Assembly (NCBI RefSeq): GCF_001194135.2
Contig: NC_068985.1
Span: forward strand, 108,699,309 to 108,763,308
DNA: 64,000 bases
Direction: 5' to 3'
Origin: Octopus bimaculoides
Taxonomy: Eukaryota
A program made the translations under genes and the position numbers. Position 1 is the first letter of the stretch, and each line of letters begins with the position of its first letter. This document shows, one piece after another, positions 50,054-62,775 of the stretch. Below the pieces are notes generated by a model. It was given only the letters and a program-made list of their open reading frames with translations. It was not told where the DNA came from and made no database searches.

Positions 50054-51305
50054 GTGTCTGTCTGTCTGTCTGTCTGTCTGTGTATCTACATATATATCTT
50101 GTATATACGTATGTATACATACATGCATATATGTATATGCAAGCATGTATGTATATATTATACATATATGTACAAATCATGCATTTCTGTCTCTCAGTTT
50201 CTCACTCACTCTCTCTCTCTTTCTATCCATCTCTCTCCATGGTTATCTATTTATTTATTTTTTTGCCAAATAAACCCACGCACTATATATTTGACCATTC
50301 CGAAATACAACAACATCTGTTTCAACACCCGATTTCATATCATTAATCTTGCAACAAAAATTGATAAACTTATATGAATATATATATATATATACAAAAT
50401 TAACACAAACTTTAATCTTCGTAATTTTTAGATATACTAAGCCACTGGTTTTAATTGATGAATATCCAAATTCTACCCTTATTATTTAATTTTATGTAGA
50501 GGAGCAATGGCCCAGTGGTTAGGGCAGAGGACTCGTGATCATAGGATCGTGGTTTCGATTCCCAGACCGGGCGTTGTAAGTGTTTATTGAGCGAAAACAC
50601 CTAAAGATGCACGAGGCTCCGGCAGGGGATGGTGGCGAACCCTGCTGTTCTCTTTCACCACAACTTTCTCTTACTTCCTGTTTCTGTTGTGCCTGTAATT
50701 CAAAGGGTCAGCCTTGTCACACTGTGTCACGCTGAATATCCCCCGAGAACTACGTTAAGGGTACACGTGTCTGTGGAGTGCTCAGCCATTTGCACGTNNN
50801 NNNNNNNATTTTTAGATATACTAAGCCACTGGTTTTAATTGATGAATATCCAAATTCTACCCTTATTATTTAATTTTATGTAGAGGAGCAATGGCCCAGT
50901 GGTTAGGGCAGAGGACTCGTGATCATAGGATCGTGGTTTCGATTCCCAGACCGGGCGTTGTAAGTGTTTATTGAGCGAAAACACCTAAAGATGCACGAGG
51001 CTCCGGCAGGGGATGGTGGCGAACCCTGCTGTTCTCTTTCACCACAACTTTCTCTTACTTCCTGTTTCTGTTGTGCCTGTAATTCAAAGGGTCAGCCTTG
51101 TCACACTGTGTCACGCTGAATATCCCCCGAGAACTACGTTAAGGGTACACGTGTCTGTGGAGTGCTCAGCCATTTGCACGTTAATTTCACGAGCAGGCTG
51201 TTCCATTGATCGGATCAACTGGAACCCTCGACGTCGTAAGCGATGGAGTGCCACCAACAACATTTAATTTTATATGTATATATACATACATTCATACGTA
51301 CATAC

Positions 51306-51358
<53 letters not shown>

Positions 51359-51837
51359 CTTATAAACACACGCACGCGAGCACACACACAAACTCACATT
51401 TAGAAGCTAATGAGGTAATAAAGACAGTCGTTAAGTTTGTCAGTGGACATCGTTTCTTTAGCCATAACTGGTTTGACGTTTCATCACGTTTTCAATTAGG
51501 ATTCTTCAGGAGCTTCAATTTGAGGTTGATATTCTATTTCTTAACTTTTTCAGAGATGCCATGTCACATGATGCCAATGTTGGAATTGGACAACAGAACT
51601 CAAATTCCCCAGAGTATGGCTATGGCCAGATATTTGGCCAGGGAATTCGGTAAGTCTACTCACGTCGTTTAACATATTATTCTCCCTTTCTCTTGTTGTC
51701 TGTCTCGATACCAATAATTTCAACTATGAATTATATCCATACATCTTTGACGGGAAGTATTATTTACTTTGTCTCCAACTATTTCAATATTTCTCTTTCC
51801 AAGTTTCAGTCTGCCTGCTTCTATTCCTCTCATTTGC

Positions 51838-51929
<92 letters not shown>

Positions 51930-54900
51930 ATCTATCTATCTATCTAATCTATCTATCTATCTATCAGTCTGTCTGTCTTTCTGCCTACCTGCCTGTCTGT
52001 CTGTATATATATACAAATATACGTGGAGATGCAATGGCCCAGTGTTTAGAGCAGCGAATTCGCAGTCATAGGATTGCAGCTTCGATTACCAAACCGGGCG
52101 TTGTGAGTGTTTACTGAGCGAAAACACATACATCTCCACAAGGCTCCGGCAGTGGGTGATGACGAGCCCTGAAGTACTTTTCAGCACAACTTTCTCTCAC
52201 TCTTTCTTCCTGTTTCTGTTGTGCCTGTATTTCAAAGGGCCAGCCTTGTCACACCTTTGTGTCACGCAGAATCTACCCGAGAAATACGCTAAGGGTACCC
52301 GTGTGTGTGGAGTGCTCAGCCACTTGCATGCCAATTTCACAAGCAGGCTGTACCGTAGTAATATACATACATACATGCATATATAATGTTCTACGCATAT
52401 GTTAACGTACAAACTTTATATATATTCTCTTGTATGTAAAGATCAATTTGTATTTCACTGAAGAATCCAGTTTGTTTCGAGATATATTTACTTGGTACCC
52501 TATTCTTGTGTAGGTTTCCATGGCAGAAACAACATGGAGATGGCCAGAATTGATTTCATCTCAGACTGCTTCTATGACATCTTGGACGACTACATGAGAA
52601 TGTACCAAGACGGTAACTGCAGAATGATGGTAAGTGATAAGTTAATCATCGACTATTAATTACTCCTATATCTTTAATGAAATTAAAACTATAAAACCAT
52701 GGGAAGTCGTGTCCCAATATTCACATGCTATTATTTTTAGATTTATGCGATGTCTCAAGAACCAATGTTCGAATAAAGAACTATCTAACTTTGGAATGTT
52801 TTTCACACACACACACACACACACACGCACACACACACACGCACGCACGCACACGCACATACACACATTTATATATACAGGGCTGGCCAAAAGTCACCTG
52901 ATAGTAAATCAAAACTATTTAATTCTAAGATATATTAACGTTTAACAACTGAATGAATTTAATAAAAGCATCTAAATATGAAACCTCATGAAAATAGTTC
53001 AAACCGAAGTCCTTGAGTGACACATTTTTTAATTCTCATCAATACAAAAGTACAGATAATATTTATGGAATGTTGATTTACTGTCGGGCGACTTTTGGCC
53101 AACCCGGTATAAGTTGATAGAACATCTAATGAGAGAATGAACGTATTGCCATGTATGTGTCGTAAATGAACAAGCTTCAGTTTTCGATTATAATGAAAAT
53201 AGATTCTGATTTGAATACACTGCAGCAAGTCTGAGACAGCGGCAAATTTATAGGTCGTGAGACCGCAACAAACTTTTAGGTCGGCAGATGCCATCAATTC
53301 TAGTACTTGTATGGAGCTCCAGAAAAGATGAAGTGTAAAGTTGAAATCGGGGTGGATTCGTACTCAGAATGTTAAAAGATAGAAGAGATACCCCTAAGAA
53401 TTTTTCACGACGTTCTAACGATCCTGCAAGTTTGCTACTCTTGAATTACGAGAACAATTAGAACTGGAAGAAGCGTATATTTTATTTTCGGAATATCATT
53501 CTTGTATATAAAAAAAGTTAACTTTACATAGGAAATTAAACCAGCTTATGATGGATTTATATTACTGGGATTAATACGAATCTTACATTACAATGATCTA
53601 CTGGTAACTTATTTCATTGTGATTCCATACAATCGATTTACAGAGCTGTAATGCAGTTTACAATAAGACTTGTTTCAACTATCACTCATACTACAGATCA
53701 GTCTTAAATTAAAACGTGAAAGAAATACATGACATGATTATGCCTAGTTTATATCATATTTAAGTTTCTATTATTCATAGTATGTACTCAAATGTGTCAG
53801 ATTCTTCTATGTATTTCTGTTGCAATTTAATATATAACCACATTAGTAAGTGTTTCACAAGCATATTTTATGTCATAATCAGTATTTTGTTTCGGTAACC
53901 TCATTCTCCTCAAACGAGAAATAAAGTCAGGATAATTTGATGCCATTCGGATCAGGCTTTAGAAACTCACTTTGCCTTGCCCAATGTAAAAAGCATTTCT
54001 CTCAGGTCACCTTTATTTGTCCCTCGTCAAAATTTGTTGCATACTCTTGTCTTAGTTTATTAAATATTATTGTATATGATATAGTTAATGGCACAGATAT
54101 AATTCCAAATTATGTTATGACAGCGTATACTAAGTATAATATAATTTATGCCAAAACACACACTCTTCTGTACTCACATATAACATAAAGGATTCTCTTA
54201 ATTTATATTTCAGTTCCAGCGATCCAGAGATATGAGCAGCTCTGTAAGTACACAATCGATTACCAATGAGTTTGTATATATCCCTGCGTGTATGTATGTA
54301 TGTATGTATGGGTAGATAGATGGATGTACTAGAAAAGGCATGTATTTTTATACAGCATATTTAGTACTTATTTAGTACTATTTCCTACCGTTTTTTTTTA
54401 AGGCACTAAGATGTAATTTGGAGATTTAAAAATTCTTTCAGGCATATTGGGCGTAATTTGTTCCAACAAGTTCATTGATGTAGGTAGTCTCATCGAAAGA
54501 ATTACAGAATCAAATTATCTCTGAGTATTTTTCGTTTACTATCTTCAGTATACTTAATCATTGAATTGCTAGATCCGATCGGATTTATTGATATACACAC
54601 TTAACTTCCGTTAAAGTTCAGTCACATTTACACATGTTGCAAAAATTAAGACAACCTTTATTTTCTCTAAAAAAGAAGAATTTTAAAGACATACCTCTTT
54701 AGATTTTTCTGAGAAAATGTGAATCCTCAGCAGAATCTATGAAATAAAAGATAAGTGCCAGTGCTTTTTTTTTTTAAAGTTGGCTGAATCACCCAGGGTA
54801 AATTAGATCTAATGAAATCTTTCGAGATTAATATTGTCTTTTTTTTTATCACAAGAAAGAGATAAAAGTATTTGTAAATGCCATCATTCAAAATGGTAGA

Positions 54901-55745
54901 AAGTTATACTTGGTGTTATTGAATGGAGTTAATTATCTCCCCTACAAACATGTGATCTCGACGCAGATATAGTAACCAATACTTACCTAAGTGTTTTAAC
55001 ACAATAATAACTTTTAAAAAATGAAATACTGCCAAATGGTGAGGAACTGGTAGAAACGGAAATTTGTTTAACAAAATTACCTTCCCTGTGTAGTTGCACT
55101 CATTCCGGTTATAGTTTAAGATAGCACTGGAAAAACCTGAATCAATTGTGTCCAATACAAATCGCGCACGAATATGTGTTCATGTTAAATGTTACAATTT
55201 TCTAGCGTTCCTTAACTTATCTATTTAAATATCACTCTGTGGGAACTCGGGAATATAAAGCATAATGGAAATATCCCCCGCAGACATAAGGATCTCACAT
55301 GACTGACTTGAAGTTATGAAAGAAATCATAGAAAATATTATCGTTTATTATAGAATGATATTGCCTAGAATGTAATTATTTCACAGTAAATACGATATCA
55401 TTTTTTTGATATTTTAGTCTGAGAAGCGTATGCGATTCCAAGAGACTTGCCGCAGAATCCTGCCATTCATGGAGAGGACTTTGGAAATGTACAGCGGTGG
55501 TAGCCAATATTTCATGGGTGACCAGGTAAGTGTTGGCTCTTTTGTACCAAAGTTTAACTCATCTGATTTATAACTATACATCCAATGGAACATCCATCAC
55601 TTCAAATGTTATATTCATATTCAGACAGAAACAAAACTATACACCTGAAGGTGTGTAATCTAGTTAGTTGAAGTCTTGGATATAAACTTTTAAAGGTTGA
55701 CTCTATTGTGAGCAATATAAATGAAATAACTTCCAAAATCTGCTC

Positions 55746-55815
<70 letters not shown>

Positions 55816-56237
55816 AATGATGTCGTGCACATATGGTTGTGATGCATGTGCCTGGTGTACCCTTATCAGATGGGTAGTCATGATGTGTATAATGGGCTTC
55901 GTATATTTTACCCCAGTGTCACTTTGATGGCATGGACTGCTCTCTCAATCAATCAATCAATCAATAATAATAATAATAATATTAATAGCTAAATATTGTT
56001 GTATACATTGGTTTTATGAGCCAAAGTGTCATTGAATTTCTAATTCTAATTTCCAAACTATATTTCTTCCAGATGACCATGGCTGACATGATGTGCTACT
56101 GCGCTCTCGAGAACCCACTGATGGAAGAACCATCAATGCTCAGCAGCTACCCCAAACTGATGGCACTGAGAAACCGTGTTATGAACCACTCTAAGATGTC
56201 CAGCTACCTCCAGAGAAGAAGTCGTACTGAATTCTAA
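46558..56237 (+). CDS. S-crystallin gene C (S-crystallin 4-like), 6 exons, 648 nt, 215 aa
   Basis: join(46558..46690,51554..51649,52514..52629,54214..54243,55418..55525,56073..56237); GT-AG introns with the same exon sizes as gene B. Protein [215 protein letters not shown]; 29 Met. From memory very close to octopus S-crystallin 4 (not database-verified). Confidence 0.96.
48170..48720 (-). mobile_element. Mariner transposase relic (catalytic domain) in gene C intron 1
   Basis: Minus-strand [25 protein letters not shown] (mariner HPPYSPDLAPCDF.LFPKLK) plus upstream fragmented mariner-like motifs; frameshifted. Confidence 0.8.
50880..51261 (+). mobile_element. Full-length 382-bp SINE family 'C' with 12-bp TSD, in gene C intron 1
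   Basis: A box TGGCCCAGTGG, B box GGTTTCGATTCC, CAACAAC tail; TSD ATTTAATTTTAT at 50868-50879 and 51262-51273. Confidence 0.92.
51554..51649 (+). CDS. S-crystallin C exon 2
   Basis: TTTTTCAG|AG ATG CCA TGT CAC...TTC G|GTAAGT, 96 nt. Confidence 0.96.
52023..52355 (+). mobile_element. Diverged SINE family 'C' copy in gene C intron 2
   Basis: Colinear with 50880-51261 but with many substitutions; 3' end truncated. Confidence 0.8.
52514..52629 (+). CDS. S-crystallin C exon 3
   Basis: GTGTAG|GT TTC CAT...ATG ATG|GTAAGT, 116 nt. Confidence 0.96.
52878..53107. mobile_element. 230-bp Tc1/mariner-type MITE with 35-bp TIRs and TA target duplication, in gene C intron 3
   Basis: TA|CAGGGCTGGCCAAAAGTCACCTGATAGTAAATCAA ... 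TTGATTTACTGTCGGGCGACTTTTGGCCAACCCGG|TA; TIRs match at 30/35. Confidence 0.85.
54214..54243 (+). CDS. S-crystallin C exon 4 (30-nt mini-exon, [10 protein letters not shown])
   Basis: ATTTCAG|TTC CAG CGA TCC AGA GAT ATG AGC AGC TCT|GTAAGT. Confidence 0.93.
55418..55525 (+). CDS. S-crystallin C exon 5
   Basis: TTTTAG|TCT GAG AAG...GAC CAG|GTAAGT, 108 nt. Confidence 0.96.
56073..56237 (+). CDS. S-crystallin C exon 6
   Basis: TTCCAG|ATG ACC ATG...GAA TTC TAA, 165 nt. Confidence 0.96.
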   Translation: MTMADMMCYCALENPLMEEPSMLSSYPKLMALRNRVMNHSKMSSYLQRRSRTEF

Positions 56238-56418
56238 AGCAACAAGTTACAGGCCCATTGTCTTGAACTTACTCAAGAAATACAGCTATATATTGAGTTC
56301 ACTAATCGAAGAACATTTACTTGACAAGTCACGAAGTGTCATGCCAGATGTTGCATCGATTATGTCAACATATTTACCGATAAATCTTTTTGTGAATATT
56401 ATTATCATGTGATATGAA

Positions 56419-56424
56419 AATAAA
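56419..56424 (+). terminator. Probable polyadenylation signal of gene C
   Basis: AATAAA ~180 nt after the stop, followed by a long T/GT-rich tract. Confidence 0.55.
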
Positions 56425-57852
56425 TAAGAATGAATGTTTAACATTTGCTCATTTGCGATATATTTCTTCGTTTGTTTTTTTTGAGATTTTTGTTAATGTT
56501 GTTTGTTAATGCAGTGTATGTGTTGTTGTTGTGGCTTTCGAAATCTGCTGTGTTTGTTGTTGTTTCTGCTTTCGATATTTGCTGTGTTTGTTTTTGTCGT
56601 CGCTGTTATTTAAATTTTGTTCTTCGCTGCTTCTTTAGTTGTTGCTATTCATGTATTGCTGTTCGTTGTTGTTATTGTCGTTGCTGTTGATATTTTGCTA
56701 TATTTGCTTCGAATGACTTAACAAGGGAGCATCTATGCAATTACTCGATGTGCTAAAGTTAGAAATCAAATCTTCCTCTAACTAAATCCTACCGTCTTTC
56801 AAAAGAACATCTAAACCATCTCTGTCGTCAGACTAGATAACATATTTTTAATTATTTGTTGCGCTGTTGTGTAAGCTGGATTGTTCCGCGTGGAAGAGAG
56901 TTTAGTGTTGTTTCTGTTGTTCTTCAGTCTCAAGTCTCTTCAAATGTGGTCGATCTGTGGTTAATAGCAAACCATATATGATCATCCTGTGATTTTGTAT
57001 ATCAAGAATATCATCGTTCAACATAACTCTTCTGCTTTATAATAATAGAATTTGATTTGACAGAGTGGTAGATATCGTAAACATCGTGGGGTTGATAAGA
57101 TTTGCTGTTATGAAAATTGTGGCAGTATGTAAATCGACTTGGTTATTAATCAAACAGTGTTAATTGTGCTGATATTGGACAAACTTTTTCTAATAAATCA
57201 GCCAACAAGAGATGATTTCGTTAACTTGAAAACAAACTGCTAGTTATCCCGTCCATGATGTTAACACTGTATTATTTGATTCATGAAAAGGATGCATAGT
57301 AAATCAGCTGAAACACTAGTATATCGGATAGAACTCCATTTGGTATCCTTCCGGTGCTCGGTTCTCTGGTTTCAAATCCCACCGTTCTCAGATTTGCGTT
57401 ACTTGCCCATTACTAGGGATCCATACCACTCTCTGTATGGTACTCTCTGTGATGTACCTGTAATCCAAATATCCACCGTTTTCAGACTGTGTTAAGAGTT
57501 TTCGAGCTGAGTAGTCTGTTAAGAGAATTTTGTCTGTGGAATACTCAGCCGCTTTGATCTTCATTTGACGTGCAGAATTTCAGTTGAGTGAAAATCAAAT
57601 ATTCATCGGCAGGACCGACGAAGAATATGCTCAATAAACTTATCGATATTCTAACAAGTTTATTACTTTGATTTTGTTAGTCTGTCATAAACGAGTATTT
57701 TTCGATCAATAAGAATTGATTTCCTTCAATTTAGAATTTGGAAATTATTTATTTATAGATGGAGAATCCTTAGATTTTCTTTTTACAAAAACAAACTAAT
57801 ATTTATTCCATATCATTTCAATTAACCTATTGTTTTATCACTAACCATATCC

Positions 57853-58234
57853 GTGGAGGCGCAATGGCCCAGTGGTTAGGGCAACGGGCTCGCGGTCATA
57901 GGATCGCGGTTTCTATTCCCAGAACGGGCGTTGTGAGTGTTTATTGAGCGAAAACACCTAAAGCTCCACGAGGCTCCGGCAGGGGATGGTGGCGAACTCT
58001 GCTGTACACTTTCACCACAACCTTCACTCTTAGTTCTTGTTTCTGTTGTGCCTGTAATTTAAAGGGTCAGCCTTGTCACACTGTGTCAGGTTGAATATCA
58101 CCGAGAACTACGTTAAGGGTACACGTGTCTGTGGAGTGCTCAGCCACTTGCACGTTAATTTCACGAGCAGACTGTTCCGTTGATCGGATCAACTGGAACC
58201 CTCGACGTCGTAAGCGACGGAGTGCCAACAACAA
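57853..58234 (+). mobile_element. Full-length 382-bp SINE family 'C' with 10-bp TSD
   Basis: Same A/B boxes and tail; TSD AACCATATCC at 57843-57852 and 58235-58244. Confidence 0.92.
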
Positions 58235-59755
58235 AACCATATCCATAGCACCCTTATAATAATCACAAATATTATCAAATTCATGGTGTTTACTACAATC
58301 GCAACCAAATAATAAAATTATGACGATGACAATCTAAATAATTACAAAAAGCAAGACTGTTACCATTAACAGTACTAGAACCATTATTTCGAGCATCACA
58401 ATAATTACTAACAGAACCACTGAGTTGACAGTTATAGTTGGCAGTGCCCTCCTCTACATCGTCATCATCTCCATCATCATCTTAATTATGAAACCCACAA
58501 CAGTCTTGTTCAAGTAGGTAATACAATGAAGAGCAATTACCAGTTTTGCGACGATCACTCAAAATCTATAGCCCAGCGAGCGGCTATAGGTTAAGGACCT
58601 AACAATACTTCTCTGAGTTTCCCTTCGCCATGATACTGTGTTTGTATTGTGAATTAACGTGGTAGTATCTTTGTCTCTCATTTCATAGGTAACCGTTGAC
58701 TTATATATGATAGCTTGTTTTTACCATTTTTGTAGGTTTAATTCCGACTACTAATTAACTCAAAGTATTCTCCTCACATAAATAGGTGAGGTTGGCCTGT
58801 TGAGTCACCCTTCAAATGGCTGTGAGACAGGTTGTACAGAGTTACGTGGCTCCAGTAGCATATAGAACCTGAAGTGTCCATGATAGTAATGGGTCCCAGG
58901 GCAGTGTGCTTAGTTAATTGTTGTTTGTCCAGTATTCTTAACAATAAGTAGATAACATTATGTGATATAGGCGTCACTAGTCGATGCACTTTAATATATT
59001 GACTATGTCTCTAGAAGGGGCTTTTAACAAAGGACATCCACATCTACCAGGCTTTTAGTAGACTATAAAGTATATATAGTTTAACGGTACTGTGTGCTTC
59101 AACAAGTTACATAATTACCAACAGTCATATTTGCCTATAGTTTTTTATGGCGCGTGTTAATTCATAATGAAATAAATTTGACCAGAACCCTTATATGATG
59201 CCCCAAAATTTGTCACAAAAGCCTGGGTGGACCAACTCACACAAATCTCAGAGTGTGGTAATGTTCATCGTATAAGTTTTACATTGCAAGGTGTCTAACT
59301 CTAATTGAAAAATTCAGTTCCAGTATCTATAGGTAGGCACAATAATGTGAAATCCCTGCTGTAACAACAAGATTATTATTTGATTACAATTTATAGTTGA
59401 TTCGTTAATACAAACTATTGAGATTTGTAAATTCACTCAGTTTCAGTCATAATTGAGCTCATGCTATTACAATCTATCGTAATCAAAGGAAATGATATCC
59501 TTCATATTAATACAATTTCAGTGTAGATTAGAGAATGAATAAGCCTAAATATGAACGTAACGATTCAAATTAAAATTCCCTGTGCGTAGTGGTGAAAATC
59601 ATTGTTCCTTAATCCCATATGATTCTTGATCAAACTGGGCTTTTGGGAGGTTTATCTGAGAAATGATGAGAACCTTACCATCTTAAATGACTTATTAGAA
59701 ACATAATTCAGCCCACTCAAAACAGATCTTACCTGAACTGAATTATGTACGCCTG

Positions 59756-59787
<32 letters not shown>

Positions 59788-61645
59788 TGTATGTATGTAT
59801 GTATGTATGTATGTATGTAGGTATGATTCTATTGTTAATTTAGTCCCAAATCAGACATGATGAAACAGATATTTTGCAAAAAGCGTTCCCGTCAGAGTAG
59901 TCTCGTCTTTTTGTTTTAAATTTTGCTCTTCTATTTTTTCAAGATAGAAGATTGTGCTCTAGATGAAGCTTTAACTGCTGTTTCGAGCAGGCTGATATAC
60001 CACGTCATTGGTTTCTGATGAGCGTGAGTGATACTACTGATGTTGTTTAGCCTCTGTTTGTTCTGTGCCGGTACATCTTATGATCAAATGCGTTCCAATA
60101 GTGAGCATCTAGGACTATATTATCAGATGCATCTAGGACTATATTATCCAATAATTTCTTCAATTTTAAAGCTATTAGACTATAAGTTGGTGAAATTTTG
60201 GCTGATATTTCTAGGAGGCCCAGCAAATGCCAAGTTACCTTCTCTTTGTCGTTTGCGTACATGTCTATTTGTGTATGTTCGTGTGTATGCGTATTTGTAT
60301 TTGTTTGTGCGTGTGTGCGAGCGCTTCAGTTTGATATTTACTTCAGATGTTTGGTACCTTTCGCGCTTATACTTTTATACTTAAAGCAACTGTACAACTT
60401 TTTACGTTCTATGTTTAAATCACACGGGCAAGTTCGTTTTTTATCCATTCAGTGCTGATAGAATGACGTACCAGTTAAGTACGGGGTCCGATGGCATCGA
60501 CTAACTCTCAGCGCTCAAACATTACTTTGCCTTTTAGACTAACATAAAATCTGTGAATCAATGAAGACATCAGAAACAATTATTTCTAGTATTGAAGAGA
60601 AAGAGGTTTGGATGAGAATCAACGCACAATGTTACCAGAAAAAAAACAAAAACAAACTCAAAGTATATAATCAAAAACCTGGGATTCTGCAACACAACAA
60701 TCCTAATAATGATTTCAGATTTTATCCAAGTCCAACAAATGTGAGGGGAAGGGAAGACGATTATATCGACCCGAGTACTAGGCTGGTTCCTATTTCGACC
60801 TTGAGTGGATGAAGAGTAGAGTTAACCATCGAGGCATTTGAACACATAACGTAAAAAGCTAGAAAAAATGCTGCCCAACATTTTTGTCCTGCGAGCTAAG
60901 GATTTAACCAATCCACCACCATAACTGTGCTAATAATCTTTATTATTATAAGTACAAGGCCTAGAATTTGTAGGCAGAGTCTAGTCGATTACAGCGACTC
61001 CGGTGTTTAACTTTCATCAAAGTCGATCTTGGCGGAATTTGAACACTGAACGTAAATACAAACGAAATGCTGCGAAACATTTTGTCCGCCATGCATACTA
61101 TTCCGCCACCTCGCTGCCTTAGCAGACTTAATGATAATTAAATACGTGTTTGTATGTTCATATGCTGTGAGAAGAATAAAAGTCTCATGATTCAGAATGA
61201 TTGCTTCATCCATTTTGTTTTCTCAGTTTACACATCTATTGCAAAGAAGACAATCTCGTCAACGACAAATTTAGTAAATTCAACTACAGTAGTACATGGC
61301 ACTAGGAAATTAACTTAGTAGCAACGTACCAGATGTTGATAAAAATGCTGCTCTTTGAACGATGTCCTTTGCACCGAGTCACAGTCTCTAACTTGCTACC
61401 GACGCCGTCAGAACTACAGTGAAGTGGTGATTGCTCTGTTGGACACCTGTAATCAACGATGCTATTCTCCGAAAATTGGCGTGTAAAACAAGTAAATCAA
61501 ATAGCAGAAGGCATCGTATCATATCATTAATACACGAAACAAATAATGAAATAAAAAAAAAACGTTTCTCTCCCGTTACCTTTACTAAGTACACTAATAG
61601 TTATTAGTACTCTGTTTTTAAAATTCTTAACATAAAGAGTACTTG

Positions 61646-61712
61646 ATGGCTAATTGGAAAAATGGCTAATTGGAAAGATGGCTAATTGGAAAGATGGCTA
61701 ATTGGAAAGATG
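61646..61712. repeat. 16-bp tandem repeat x4 (ATGGCTAATTGGAAAG)
   Basis: Four consecutive units, one substitution in unit 1. Confidence 0.9.
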
Positions 61713-62648
61713 CATATTAGAATTGATGGTTTTTCTCCTGATATGAGAACTTGACATAATTTTTGTATAATTCAATGTGGAGCATTTTTACACTATTCAG
61801 ATAACAACGTTAGCCATCATATCTCTATATAACCATTATATCTTATCTTTTCTAATAAATCTATATAAGACCTATCCAATGTTAACATTCTCTCTTTTTG
61901 AGTTGGCATGTTATTATCTGAGGGAATGTCGTTTCTAATCTATTTCTAGTTAGAGTGTTAACCTGATGACGTTATCTTCTTGAACCTGGTTAAGTTCGGA
62001 TCATAGCTCGTAAATATTTCAGTTACGAAAAATCGTTTTCGAAAACAAGTAAATTAACTACATAGGCTGAAATATCTTCTAACAAGATACATTCGAGGTA
62101 GCGGCCCTATGTTACGATAGTGCTTTAGAAAATATCGTCAAAGACTTACGTGTATATGTATTCAGTCTTCACTCTTAGGAACATAAATCCCGCAGTATTA
62201 ACTGATTTACATGTCTTTAATTGTTAAACATAAATCAGCAAAACTTCCCGACATGAACAAGTAAATATTTTCTGAATATTACTACAGTAAAAATATAATT
62301 TACACTAGAAGCCATATGAGACAAGCTATTGTTGTACTCCAAATAAAAATGAGCCCTCTAACACACAAAATATGAAGACCAACGTATATTTTTAATACAT
62401 ATGCAAAGACAGCCAAGTAAGAATGTTCATCCAGTAGTGCAACTGCAGATCTAAGCTTGTTGAATCTGATCAGTCTGCGTAATATAGGAATGGAAGAGAG
62501 TATAAGTAATATGTAATCTACAATGTCAATTTGAGGTATATTGACAAAAACTATATGAAACCATTGTCTATTGGTATTTGGTGGTCGAAAGGGTGCAACA
62601 TCAACTGTAAAATACAACGTGGAATACTAAGTTGTTACAGATAAGACA

Positions 62649-62669
62649 ATGATGATGATGATGATGATG

Positions 62670-62754
<85 letters not shown>

Positions 62755-62775
62755 GAATGATAATAATCATAATAA
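62649..62775. repeat. (GAT)n(AAT)n microsatellite
   Basis: About 7 GAT units, then about 28 perfect AAT/TAA units to 62754, degenerate to 62775. Confidence 0.95.

Noticed and set aside
50424-51181. Exact 374-bp tandem duplication (50424-50797 = 50808-51181) including a SINE 5' part
   Set aside because: The copies are identical and separated only by a 10-N gap: an unmerged contig overlap, not a biological duplication.
57853-57930. tRNA-like sequences with A and B boxes (also 50880, 27225, 23881)
   Set aside because: They are SINE heads continuous with SINE bodies and TSDs; no complete cloverleaf.
58566-58590. Small hairpin CTATAGCC-N8-GGCTATAG resembling a Helitron 3' hairpin
   Set aside because: No CTRR terminus at the expected distance and no other Helitron evidence.
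59955-60015. Hammerhead-like GAAAC-AGCA-GUU on the - strand
   Set aside because: The core is decayed (CCAAUGA) and no stem I can be formed.
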